The notes under the pieces: generated by a model
Database searches by the model: none
Seen by the model: only the letters and a program-made list of their open reading frames with translations
Told to the model about the DNA's origin: nothing
Translations under genes and position numbers: made by a program
Part shown: positions 12,501 to 24,897 of the stretch, one piece after another
Layout of the letters: each line of letters starts with the position of its first letter
How positions within the stretch are numbered: position 1 is the first letter of the stretch
Assembly: GCA_043228905.1 (NCBI GenBank)
Contig: JBHGNT010000010.1
Location: 6,138,001-6,202,000, forward strand
From: Azolla caroliniana
Lineage: Eukaryota; Plantae; Polypodiophyta
Direction of reading: 5' to 3'
DNA: 64,000 nucleotides

Positions 12501-15474
12501 AACAATCATCATGGAAAGCATCAAATGGTCTTCAGGCACTTTGGAAGATTTGAGCTTCATTTCCTATAGAAAAAGTCATTTGTTTGACGACGACTATTTG
12601 CCTCTTGTTCTAGGAGTCCTCATTGTTATTGAAAGTGTACATGATAAATTTAACATTTTCATAGATAATTATAGGTAGTTAATATACATACAACTTATAG
12701 TAAAACAGGAATTTTATGGTACCTCTAACATGTGACTATAACTGTAATTCTCCATCAAGAAACATGTCCATGTCCTTATGATTGTTGAGTTGAGATAGAA
12801 AAGAAACTCTCAAGTTTGAGCCAATAATATGGTGAAAGTTGGTTAGGTACCATGGGAAATGCTATCTTAGAGCCATACCATGTAGTTCATGGCATTAAAA
12901 AAATACCTTAATCGTATTTCATCTAATTCCTGGAAATGATCATAAATGGAAATCATTATTTACATAGCCATAATTGGTGGCATAGGAAACATGGAGAGAA
13001 AGGTCAATTATATCAAAGGTTTGATAAGTGTGATGCATGCCAATGTCCCATATAGCTCAATCAAGGTAGATGTTGGTTGATTGTAAAGGTGTGGATTACA
13101 TGGCACATTACCCTATGTGGAAGATAGAGACATCGAGTGCTAGGCATATTAAAATCTTGCATTCTATTATGTGCAAAAGGGTTTCTTTGGTGGGAAATAG
13201 AGATGAAGTTGAAGATGAAACATCCTTTTTCAATACAATGATCGAGGAGGATACCATGCAAAGATTTCGTACATACTATGATTGCTAGATCCATCTGGGT
13301 TTCTATTATACAAATTCATATGGGAAGTCAAAGCTTAGGTAAGGTAGTGTTTGACAGCCTTGGGGTTCCCGTCGTGTAAGGTAATGTGTGACAAACTTAG
13401 GTAATGGATTCTATGGTCTAATCTTGAGTTTGAGAAGTGGTGTTTTAGGTGATGGTTTTGATAAAATATTACAAGTACATGTGCCAAGAACAACTTTAAT
13501 TTGGCAATTCTCCATAGAGCTTAATAGTTAGAGGAGTTTTATTTATGTCAACTAAAATTGCATTGCCATATTATTCTCACTATTGTAGTATGGTCAAGAA
13601 AGGGGTTTTTAATATTGGCCTCTTGTTTTAATGTGTACTACATTTTTTATACAGAGAGGGTTTTGTTATAGTGACAAAAAAAAAATCACTATTAAAAAGC
13701 AACCCAACTAGTAGTAGAGACCGGAGAGTATGTGGAAAAAAGTTTGTTTTATGCATATAGAGGCCAAACTTGTCCTATTACAAATTATGTAGAAGACAGA
13801 AAGGAAAAAAACAATAAAAGACATTTGCAGTAAAATTGAGTTTTCTTCAATGATGGTGGAAGTAGCTTTTCACTGCAAAAAGGTCAAAATCTCATCAGAC
13901 ATAATCAAGAGAAAGGGAGACAAAAGGAAACATGTCATTTTCTAATATCTAGTGATTGGGGATAAAGGTTAATAGTAGATGACAACATTCCACATAGGTT
14001 GTTTTAAACTATAGGGATGGAATTTTGGCATATTCAACACTAGATTTCACAATTTCGGTCCATGCTCAATATCACGTGAAACCAAATATGGCATAGTGCA
14101 AATTTAGAATATGTTTTGCACCCAAATGCTTGTTTTGGTGAAACCAACTGTTTTCGACATGGATACATTAAGGGCCATGCCCATTTAGAACCAAGTCTAT
14201 GGAACCCAATGTTGTGGTGTCAACTTTTGGATCATAAAAAGTCGTTTGTCAAACCATTTGTAATCTCATAAATATGTGAATGGTGATCATTTTAATCCTT
14301 GAGCAATTTTAATAATGCTAAACTTACATATATTTTTCCATCAACATGGTTTGCTCCACATTAACTATATATCTTTGAGCATTTGTTTTTTGTACTATAT
14401 ATAGTAATCAAGCAAATTTCTAAAATTTTAAAAAAACATTCTATGTAAGTATGACATTACACCAAACCTTAGTATTTTGGCCATCGATGAAAATTTTTAA
14501 TTAGCACCCAAGCGTTTGCCATGGTATGGTATTGTTCAATTGTGTGTTTACCCAACTTGACATTAGCTACCTTGTTTTGCATCAATGGTTTTTTAAGGTC
14601 ACTTGGGAAACTTTGGAAGACGTCTTTCCTTACGTCTGTATCACAGTCGCACCACTTTATCTAGACAAGAGACATCAACTTGACAATGGAAAAGTTACAT
14701 TTGTTTTGCGATGTAAAATCCCTTATATGCTTTGGGCATGTGGGAAAGAGGACCTCATATTGTTGAGTCAAGTTTTATAAGTGGCACACCCTATGATAAT
14801 CCACAAGACAAGTTTGATTGGAGGTGAGGGAGGGAACTTTAGTAATCACCGAGATGATAATCTTTTGTGAAGGTGAGGATGAGGAACCTACAATAAACAA
14901 CATCATGAGTTTTTTAAGGGTGAGGGTTGACATGTATAGTATTCAACATCATGAGATTCTACAAGCAAAGCAACATCAAGATGTTCAATAGGCCATGGGC
15001 AACAACATACATATCTTGTAGGTTATCGAGGTTGAGAGTGCTTCCACAAGGTAAAGTGCAACATATAATGTGAGGGTAACTAAACGTTCCACTGACTTCT
15101 AAGTCTAGAGCTTCTTTCAAGGTGAAACCGATCTATTAATTCATCAAGTCAAACTTGTGTTTCGTGTGATGTAATAGATTTAGCAGCATTACCATCTGTT
15201 TTACTGTATTCCCCAATTACTTTACTGTCAACAAGAGAGTTGAATTACTTTGTTTCCGCAACATATGTAAGGTACTACTAGTATCTTTTCGTTGTTGGTG
15301 TTGGTGTGTTGGTGTTGTTAACTTATTTATGCATAGCCCAAGGAATTCTCCCCACATATTCACTCTCACGAGCTTTATCACAGGCGAGAGCCAGGCTGAA
15401 AAAAACAAAAAGCAAAAAGTGAAAGATCGTGGAAAAAACTGTCCGGACATGTGTGCGGACATGTGTGTGTATTT

Positions 15475-15506
<32 letters not shown>

Positions 15507-15588
15507 TTGTCCGGACATTCTCCCCGTGACCATTTTATTCCTTTGAAGATTTTTACCATCCAAGAAAGAACAAACAAAAACAGAGCAC

Positions 15589-15595
15589 TATAAAA
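15589..15595 (+). promoter_or_regulatory. Putative TATA box of the PME gene
   Basis: TATAAAA about 90 nt upstream of ATG 15684, with a (GA)n tract further upstream. Confidence 0.45.
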
Positions 15596-15683
15596 AAAAA
15601 ATAGATCAACAAATTCAGGCCCTCTCCAAACACACCCATATACACACTTGTAACACAACACAACTCAACTCATTTAACTCATC

Positions 15684-16111
15684 ATGTCCACCAACTCTGC
15701 ATTAGATCCTCCTGCAGTTTCCATGGAGCCCAAATCCGTGACCTTCTCCTGCCTCACTATCATCATGACCACCACCATCATAACCCTATTGTTGTTGTCC
15801 CATTCCACGCGGGTGGGTGCCGCAGATTCCGATTCCGATTCCGATTCCGATTCCACGGGTGGCCCACAAGGCCCAGGCATAGAAGCGGAGTTCATGAGGT
15901 GGGTTCAATACGTGGGCTCGCGTCCACACCCGCCGCCCGGATCCACCGCATCCTTCGTCACCGTGGAACAAAAGGTCCCGCCGCGTTCATACATCACGGT
16001 CGATGGCCAGCCGGGTGTCGGCCATTTCACTACCATCCAAGCCGCCATCGATTCCGTGCCCGAGAACAACGTCTTACGTGTCAAAATTGTCATAGCCCCC
16101 GGGATTTACAC
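15684..16111 (+). CDS. Pectin methylesterase (type II, no PMEI domain; PME53-like), exon 1 of 5
   Basis: Hydrophobic signal segment, EAEFMRWVQYVG, G.GHFTTIQAAIDSVP..I.PGIY; donor AC|GTGAG. The five exons total 1191 nt, giving 396 aa. Alternative ATG at 15723. Confidence 0.92.
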
Positions 16112-17292
16112 GTGAGTTTCGTGTGTGTTTGTTTGTGTGTGTGTGTGTGTGTGTGTGTTGATGTACACCAATATACCATATATTCTAGAAGAGTGCATGC
16201 TAAGAGAGTTCTTTTATTGGGTTCACTTGATTCAATTGTGCCTTGACATATTTAAATAACAATGGTGCCTAAGTATATATGATTCAATTAAATGTTATAT
16301 GTGCTACCCGTGCCGAGCATCCCTACCTCTTCCTCATGGGTATGTAGAGCATATGTGACTCAAGATAGTTAGCACCATACTATTATGAATTCTTGCAATA
16401 CCAATAAGCATTTCTCTTAGTTTGTAGTGCGCCTAAGTTGGGGATAGTGATGTCCAGGTACAATTTAAGAAATTATAGGAGCTTCTACTTTTGTAACAAT
16501 GTATTTAGCTAGGCTATATTAGGCCATACTGAATGTTATAGCAACATCTGAGTTTTTTTTAGGGGACAATGTAGTTCAAGGATATTGTTTGTTCCATAGA
16601 GTAGACATCAACAAAAATCGTGAGATTTGTAGGCGTAACATATGCTAGATTGGGACAATTAAATTTGTGTTGCAATTTTACAAATAACATGGTGAGGTTA
16701 TTTATGCATACTATACCTTGGTCACGATTACTACCTTTTGATCATGACATACAACATTGCAAGCTTCTAGAAGTGTATTATACCTAGTTGGAGGTCAAGA
16801 AACTATTGTGAGAGTTAGTTACAAGTTACAACCATAAATATCCTCGTTGGAGATGCTTGGATCCCATATGTAGCTATCATGTTATGCCATGCATGTGCAT
16901 GTGTGGACACATGTGGCTACCTATATCACATACACTATCGGTAATGAGACATGCTTATACATACATCATACGTGTAATATGTATACATATAGACATACAT
17001 GCATCCATCCATGTCCATCCATGCATACATGTATGTATGTATGAATGCATGGATTGGTAGTAGGTACCATATGGTTATTGGTTGCCCTCTAGTCTCATCC
17101 ACATCTTCCTTACAAAGGCCCATAATGTGAAAATTTCAAGTATTTATTATTTATCTTATTTCATTTTTTGGGAAGGCATTGGGGGTTACGTTTTGCAAGT
17201 ATTTATTCACGTAACTCACACCAAACTCACTCTAATTCTTAAATCGCCCTTCAAAATTATATAAGTGAGAATTTTATTGGGATTCATTGTAG

Positions 17293-17476
17293 GGAGAAGG
17301 TCCTTATACCACGTACAAAACCATTCATAACATTGCAAGGCTCTGGCAACACAACCATACAATGGGGTGACACAGCTAACATGTTAGGAGCTGATGGGAG
17401 CCCAATAGGGACATATAAAACAGCCACCGTGGGTGTTGATGCGTCCTACTTCATAGCTAAGAATATAACATTCAAG
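17293..17476 (+). CDS. Pectin methylesterase exon 2
   Basis: TAG| EKVLIPRTKPFITLQG..GTYKTATVGV.A.YFIAKNITFK |GTAAAT; splice phase consistent. Confidence 0.93.
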
Positions 17477-18918
17477 GTAAATCCATATGTATTGTTGGTA
17501 TTATGCTTTATTTTATTGGAACTTAATAATAAATTGGTTAAGAATGAGGTATGTGTGCCTAAATGAAATCTCGACTTGAATTGTTTTGCTTTGGTCAAAG
17601 TATTCAAATGATTGATATTCATGTTCCCATACTCAATATGTTAGTGTGCATTAAGTGATGCCATCTATTTGTGTTGTAAGGAAGTTACGAACCATATAGA
17701 TTGGATTACTATTCAACAAAACACATCAAACATGTACATTACTTGTCACCAATCACGGTCAATAACCAAAGATTCCATGCTTCAAAATAGATTACATTAT
17801 TTACCATGGCTATTTTTTTATCTTTTACATATTGCCATACATGAGAGTATTCGATGGGGATTGAAAGAATACAAAATCTTGAAGTAGACTCTTCACTCAC
17901 TTCATTAGAAAACATCATTTCATAAAGTACATTACAATTTACCTTTGGCCAATTTGACAAGTAAATCTTGACATACATCATAATCTATAAAACTCAAGTT
18001 ATAAAGGAAATATATGTAAGAACGTGCCTAGCTTCTTAGAGCAAATACTTAAAAATACACTAATAGTCAAACCTTGTGTATCCTAGTTAATTGTAGGAAT
18101 ATATGTCTAGATCATTGTCCTCTAGACTATGGAAGTTTGTCACCTTGTGACAATCGTACAACTATCCCAAGGTTCCAAGTTTGTTGCTCGTCTCCGGAGG
18201 TTCAGAGATAGGAGAACCGCATGACAACTACTTAGTTAGGTCGATCACATTACTAGTTTATTGGCAAAACAATGAATACTAAATGAGCGAAATGTACTTT
18301 ATGTTAATATGGCCTCAAGTTAATCACAACAACTATAGCAACTAGTGGTTCAATAATAGATACTAATTACCAATTTCAATAAACCCATATTACCTTATCG
18401 GGGACTTAATATCAACATACGAGACATCTATAGCTAGTGGTAGATAGACATAGCCATAATTACTTGACCCAATAGGGCATGAGTTAAGCCCTTGATTGGG
18501 CTATGATTGGACCCATGAAAATCATGTAGGTGATATGAGAAGAGGCTAAATATGTCATCGCTAATGAAGAGTGACACCAACATGTACACATTAAATTATT
18601 AATGTCCCGAATACTGAACCAAAATGTTCCCTAGTACATATATGGTACATAAAGATGTGCACATAACTTCTCGAAAATGAACCTTGGGGTTATACTTCAC
18701 ACACAAGCGGCTACCTAATAATACAATGCATTACTCATTTGGGTTATTACTCACAACTTTGAGTAAGAGGTACAAGGTAAACTAAATTAATAATATGTAT
18801 AATTTGCTTGAACTAAAGGATACCCATACTTTCAATTTAAAGTCTATTATTTTAATATTTTTGGTTTTTGAATTTTAGCATTAATGTAAGTTATTGTGCA
18901 AACTATGGTTTTTGCAAG

Positions 18919-19125
18919 AACACGGCTTCTCTACCACCAATTGGGTCAAGCGATCAACAAGCTGTTGCACTTCGTATATCAGGGGATGCAGCCGTGTTCA
19001 TGGGTTGCCAATTTATAGGAACACAAGATACTCTCTATGATCACAAGGGTCGTCACTACTTCCAAGATTGTTACATTGCAGGCTCTATGGATTTTATTTT
19101 TGGTGATGGCCTCTCGATGTACAAG
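18919..19125 (+). CDS. Pectin methylesterase exon 3
   Basis: Catalytic motifs [23 protein letters not shown] and DFIFG; AAG acceptor, GT donor. Confidence 0.95.
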
Positions 19126-19249
19126 GTTTGAACCCTCCCTTCATGCCAAACAATTTGAAATAACATATTTTGTTATTTTTCCTTTTTACTCTAGCTAATA
19201 AAATTTGTAAACTTTGTCCCTTTATCCCATCTCTTTCTGTCTGTTGTAG

Positions 19250-19488
19250 AATTGCCATTTAAATGCTATTGGTGCTCCATATCAAGAGGCATTAACTGCC
19301 CAAGCTAGGAACAGCCCACAAGATGATACAGGATTCTCCTTTGTTAATTGCAAAGTAACCGGTTTAGGGGTGGTTTACCTTGGTAGAGCATGGGGAACTT
19401 TCTCACGCGTTGTTTACTCTTATACCTATCTTGATAACATTGTTATCCCCAAGGGTTGGAATGATTGGGGGGACCCCAAAAGACAATT
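19250..19488 (+). CDS. Pectin methylesterase exon 4
   Basis: TAG| [46 protein letters not shown] |GTAAG. Confidence 0.95.
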
Positions 19489-19574
19489 GTAAGAATATAT
19501 ATCAAATTATTTCTCACTTTAGCTAGCTAATCAAATTTTTCACTTTAAAACTTAGCTCTGGACTTGGTTGGCAG

Positions 19575-19707
19575 GACTGTCTATTATGGACAATTCCGAT
19601 GTTACGGACCCGGAGCCAATGCAACAGGACGAGCATCTTGGTCAAAAGAACTTACAATGCATGATGCATTGCCATTTATAGAGCTTAGCTTCATCGATGG
19701 AACATAA
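19575..19707 (+). CDS. Pectin methylesterase exon 5
   Basis: CAG| TVYYGQFRCYGPGAN..RASWSKELT..PFIELSFIDGT*. Confidence 0.92.
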
Positions 19708-20590
19708 CCATTATGATTTGAGGAAGATCCCGAGTTTGATGGAGGGAAGTGACTCAGATATTCATGGCCAAGAATGATTTCTAAACTAGCAACATATCAT
19801 GCCTTTTGTGGTATTTTCGAAATGTATATAAACAAGTCTTAACTTCATAATGTCACAAGGAACTCTTTCTAGGTTCTCCTATGGAAGTTTGTGCAATATT
19901 GTTGAGTATCATAGTCAGTGCAATTTTGACGTCATGAATAAAGCTCAAGTGAAAACTACCTCAAGTCCTCATGCACTTCCAATTTTCTGTGTTTCAAACA
20001 CCCAAAAAATCATGAGAAATTTGCTGTTGTATAATAATAGACATCGATGCACGAAACATGCAAGCCAGGTCTACATAAAAAGACTAATATTTTTATGTCT
20101 ACTAATGTATTGCCATATTGCATTAAAATTTAAACCATAGGTATTCCTAGCTCAACAATTGATCACACACTTCCAAAAACTTTCAATAAGAAGAAAGAAT
20201 TCAATTAGATTGTGAATTGTAATTGAATAATAAGACATGGGGAAATGTTCGATTGATACAATAGTCCTATGATCATGGCATAAAGACATTTTTTTTAAAA
20301 ACAGGTTTACCGAATGATCCTATTACCATTTCCGTCTTATTGCAAGGCACATAAGGTGTTGAATCTCCCTGCTCACATATCGTGTCCAAGAAGATATTTT
20401 CATACCCTTGGGTATATGCTTTTCTTTTCCCTATGTCTATTGTCCAGCAAGGAAACATTCACAGCCTACCAGTATGTTCAGTCTAAATATAATATCTAAA
20501 TTCTTCCTTGGTGATGAAGATGATATCTTCCTCCATGCCAAAATGAATGCTGGGAAATGTCAAAAGCATGATCTAGATAGAAGGTATGAA

Positions 20591-20880
20591 CACAGAACAG
20601 CAAATAATTTGCCTGAATGTGGAATCAGGAAACAACTAAATCTGGTTTTTATCACTGTTGTATCAATTAGTAAGCACAATGACCCTCATCCCTTAACACA
20701 AGGATACACAAACGTTGCATATACATATACATACACATACACAGAACAGCAAATAATTTGCCTGAATATGGAAACAGGAAACTAAATGTGGTTTTATCAC
20801 TGTTGTATAAATTAGTAGGCACAATGGCCTTCATCCCTTAACACAAGGATACACCACCGTTGCATATACATATACATATA
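20591..20880. repeat. Tandem duplication, ~149 bp x 2
   Basis: CACAGAACAGCAAATAATTTGCCTGAAT..CCCTTAACACAAGGATACAC..GTTGCATATACATATAC occurs at ~20591 and ~20740. Confidence 0.9.
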
Positions 20881-21279
20881 TACACACAGGCATATAATAT
20901 ATTCGTCTGCATATACATCATACAAATACATAATACACCACATATATATATGAGTTTATACCAAAATATATATGCACATACATGTGAACACATGCACAGA
21001 CATGCATATATACGTACAGTAACGACAATTGAACGAAGCACATTCTGCTATCATTGTGTCAGGAGCATGCAAAACATGTACATTGTATAGTATCTTAAGC
21101 AACCAGGGAACTACGTCCGATCCAAATTTCAACTGAACTGCCTTCTCAATGAACATCTGGAGAGTGATCTCTAGGCCCCTGATGCACAATCATCCTCCAG
21201 AACTACCAAGAATTCCGCAGTTTCATAGTGTTTCTAGGACAAACACTAATTTCTTCATGAGGTCTTTAATTTCCCAACC

Positions 21280-23034
21280 TCAAACACTAATCCATGTAAA
21301 TATGCCTTTCGTCTGTATCATGTCCCAGACACTGGCTACCTCTGTGATTTTACCTTGTTCCTGCAAGTTATTAAGAAATGGGATGTATTGTTTGATGTTT
21401 GTATCTTCTCTCCCTCCCTTGCACAAGCCCTGAACCAATTCATCATACAGAGAAGAATCAGCCTTCAAGCCATTCTTCTCCATCTCATAGAAGAGCTCTA
21501 GAGCCTTACATGCATCACCCATCTTGTTTTTCCTACTAATCATGATCTTATATGACTCTGCATTGGGTGCAAAACCATTATCCAACATTGCTTGATGCAA
21601 CTGGTATGCATAATCCACTCTCCTATCATCACAAAGTGTTTTTATAAGGGATGTATAGCTTGCACTAATCACCTCCTTTTCGCATTCCTTCTCTGATACC
21701 ATATGAGTAAAGTTTTTAATAGAACACTTGGGACAGCTTTCCTTGTGAATAGAAGTTCCTTTCGTTACTGAATAACCTTTAGAAAGCATTGTAGATAAAA
21801 GATGTCCAACCTCATCTTTAAAACTTTGTGCTTTGATCATTTCAAGGTTCTCAACAGGAGACTTGGATCTACGTCGTTCATCAATCAAATCATTGAAGTA
21901 TCTAGCTTCCTCATATTTCTTAATCTTACACAAACCCAGAATAAGGAAGCTATGGGCCGAATCCAAAGGCTTATAGCCATTATTAAGCATTTTGGCACAC
22001 AAGACACAAGCTTCATCGAGGCGATCGGACTTACAATAAGCACTTACTAAAACAGAGTAAACAAGAGAGTCTACTCGTCCTCCTTCGACCAAGATTTCAT
22101 TCAAAAATTTACTTCCCTCTTCAATCCGACCGAGGTTACAAAAACAATACATTAAGACAGAGTAAATAGTAACATCTGGTTTGATATGATCACATTTCAT
22201 CTCTTTCAATCGAGCTATGGCATCATCAACCTTACCTTTCCCACAGAGACCTCTTATAATATGTCTATACGTGACCACATCTGGCCTGATACCCATATCT
22301 TTCATATCAGATAAGCATCCCAGAGCCGAATCCATCGTCAATTCTTTGGAAAAGCCATTGATCAAAGCATTCATGGTGAACACATCTGGAGTTAGTTTTT
22401 TCTCTTTAACTTGATTAAAGACACAATAGGCATTCTCCATGTCTCCAGCTTCAGAGAACTTAACAATCATTCTTTTGCATACATTCATAGCTAAATCTTT
22501 CTTCTCCTCTTTCTCTACAAGATAATTGAGGAGAGTATGGTATGTCTCTGAGCTAGGAAAGACTCCATAGTTAGGCATAACCTCAAGGGCATGGACAGCT
22601 CTACTATGATTGCCATCTTCACAATAATGTTTTATCAACACATGGAAATCACATTCTTGTGGTTTGATTCCTGAACGTTTCATAGATTCAAGAATCTCCC
22701 ATATTTTACCAAATTTCTGAGACTTGGCCAAGGTTTTGATGAGAGCAGAATAGGTCAAGCTATCATGGTGAGAGAAGTTGGGTAATTGCTTACCAGCCCA
22801 ATCCAAGAAACGGAGAGCTCCCTCTGGATCATTCATGGATTCAATTGTTTTCCTGATGTCTTGAGGTGTGAGCCGGATCCTTCCTCCACCTCCAACTCCA
22901 GCTGCACCTTCTTCTTGCTTCAGTTGTTGTTCTTGAGCAAAGGAAAGCTTCCTCTGCGATACAAGCCTGCATAAATGCTGAGAGAAGAGAAGAGATAGCG
23001 ATGACCTAGCGTGCTTCGAGGTGCACAAGGCCAT
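21280..23034 (-). CDS. P-class pentatricopeptide repeat (PPR) protein, probable organellar transit peptide
   Basis: Intronless ORF with 35-aa repeats (PDVFTMNALINGFSK, PDVVTYRHIIRGLCGKGKVDDA, PDVTIYSVLMYCFC) and A..FLDWA; first ATG gives MALCTSKHARS. Confidence 0.9.
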   Translation of the reverse strand: MALCTSKHARSSLSLLFSQHLCRLVSQRKLSFAQEQQLKQEEGAAGVGGGGRIRLTPQDIRKTIESMNDPEGALRFLDWAGKQLPNFSHHDSLTYSALIKTLAKSQKFGKIWEILESMKRSGIKPQECDFHVLIKHYCEDGNHSRAVHALEVMPNYGVFPSSETYHTLLNYLVEKEEKKDLAMNVCKRMIVKFSEAGDMENAYCVFNQVKEKKLTPDVFTMNALINGFSKELTMDSALGCLSDMKDMGIRPDVVTYRHIIRGLCGKGKVDDAIARLKEMKCDHIKPDVTIYSVLMYCFCNLGRIEEGSKFLNEILVEGGRVDSLVYSVLVSAYCKSDRLDEACVLCAKMLNNGYKPLDSAHSFLILGLCKIKKYEEARYFNDLIDERRRSKSPVENLEMIKAQSFKDEVGHLLSTMLSKGYSVTKGTSIHKESCPKCSIKNFTHMVSEKECEKEVISASYTSLIKTLCDDRRVDYAYQLHQAMLDNGFAPNAESYKIMISRKNKMGDACKALELFYEMEKNGLKADSSLYDELVQGLCKGGREDTNIKQYIPFLNNLQEQGKITEVASVWDMIQTKGIFTWISV

Positions 23035-24593
23035 GGCAGATGCTGGACTCGGAATCTCTGCAATATCATCAAATGGCGCAGGGGGTTTCTTTATAGTGGG
23101 AGGAACAGAGGAGAGGCAAATGCTAAAACCCTCTCTCGTCACTTCGAGTATATAACATCAGTTCAACATGGCTAGGAATCGGCAATGGCTCGGCTCAAGC
23201 CTAAACCGATTTGCTAAAACGGTTTTTAATGGTTTAGCGGCTAGGCTCGGGCTTGAGCTTGCTTAAATGGTTTTGAGCTCGGTTCAGCAAATAACACAAA
23301 TATATGAGATATATATATATATATATAACACAAACATGAGAGCTACGTACATAAATAACACAAATATGAAATATGAGACCAAAAATATTACATTTTCATG
23401 TAATACGTGTGGAAGTGTGTAGGACTCTTCGATTTTCGACAACTTTCCTAATGATTGTCACAATTGAGATTGCACAGTGTGGCTGTGAGAGAAACTCGTG
23501 CAAGGATTGGGTCTAGTCGAAAATGTGTGGAGAAGCATAGATGGATGTGATGGAAGGCAGAGAGTATTGTATTAAAGTTGGATACTCACACTCCATGAAA
23601 TTGTTTGGGCAAAGTGTGCATAGCCGATTAATCTCATCAATTGTGCCCCAATGCCTCTTGTCGAACATCATAGTGAGTGTAAGCTAAGTCGCATAGAAGC
23701 AATGGTGTGATTGGTAGACAAGGAGATGGGCTCTAACATATATTGATGTGTGTAGTTTCCCCGTTCTGGCGAAGAACATGGTTTTGTTGTTAGGTGCAAC
23801 TTATGTAGTATAATGTGTGACGTGTTGTCGCGAAATTACACGTGTGCATTCGAGTTATCACCTTCAATTACTACAATTTCTTTTATTTATTTCTTTTCTA
23901 TATTCATGTGTGCATGTGAGGATGTGTGAGAGAGATGTGTAAATTCCTTTTTATGTAATGTGTCAGTGTGGTAAGTAATTTTAATTTTATATATATACAT
24001 ATACATATGTGTGTGTGGATATCTATGATTATGTGTGTGGGGTTGTGTGTGTAAGGAAAAGCTAGAATGAAAGCATACCTTCATAAATTCTTATAAAATG
24101 TAAGATTATAGTTATTTACATATATTAATAAACGTATGCACTTCATACTTGCAGTGTATTGATGTGGAGGATGTATAGATGTGAATGTGTGTTAGTTCCT
24201 AGGTGAAAAGGTGTCTTGTGTATTTAGTTGTGGGAGTAAGATTATGTTGGTTAGTGGGGGGAAATAAGAATGTGAGTGTATTGAAGTGTGAAAGACTTTT
24301 GGTATGTACCCAAGGGTATTTACGAAAATAGAGGGTTTGCCTTTAGTGGGTAGGGGTCAAGCATCTTCCTTTCCATTTCCTAAAGTTTAATGAATGGTGA
24401 GTGCAAGTGGCATGCCAAGTTGACGAGTGACGTGGTGGTTGAGCTCGGGTAACATCAAGTGAAATCAATTGTTGACATGGAGAGAGCAGCAACAGCACCC
24501 AAGGTAGACACGACAATGATAGACAGTAGCATACGACAACATCTGATGGACAGTGAGTATGGCATCAAACAATAGCAAACATCTACAATTGTT

Positions 24594-24897
24594 AGCAAAC
24601 GATGACAATGTGAGAAGTTAGTAGTACATATGTAATTGAAGGCAAGCTACGAACAAGCTTAGCCTAAGAGAGTCCAAGCTAGCCTTTAGACCCAAGGCTA
24701 GTCTTGACTCTCAATCAACTCTTGAAGCCTAAGCTTGTTCCTAGGTTGCCTTCGAGCTTCCTTTGATCACCTTCTTGCTGCCAACTCCTCACATCTTCAT
24801 CATTTGTTGAGAACTGCCTTCAACTCGAAGGCTATCTTTTACATCAGGATAGCCTTCACTCGAAAGCTAGACTCGAGGCTAGCCTTGAGTTGAAGGC
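24594..24897. repeat. Imperfect fold-back (inverted repeat) complex
   Basis: GAAGGCAAGCTACGAACAAGCTTAG (24638) pairs with CTAAGCTTGTTCCTAGGTTGCCTTC (ends 24753); a second stem is GCCTTCAACTC (24816) / GAGTTGAAGGC (ends 24897). Confidence 0.75.

Noticed and set aside
12700-15200. Possible old TE debris, including a TAGGGATGG hAT-like end near 14012
   Set aside because: No matching TIR or TSD and no readable protein motif.
23143-23290. GGCTCGG/AAACCG-rich stretch resembling a DNA-transposon terminus
   Set aside because: No partner end or TSD found.
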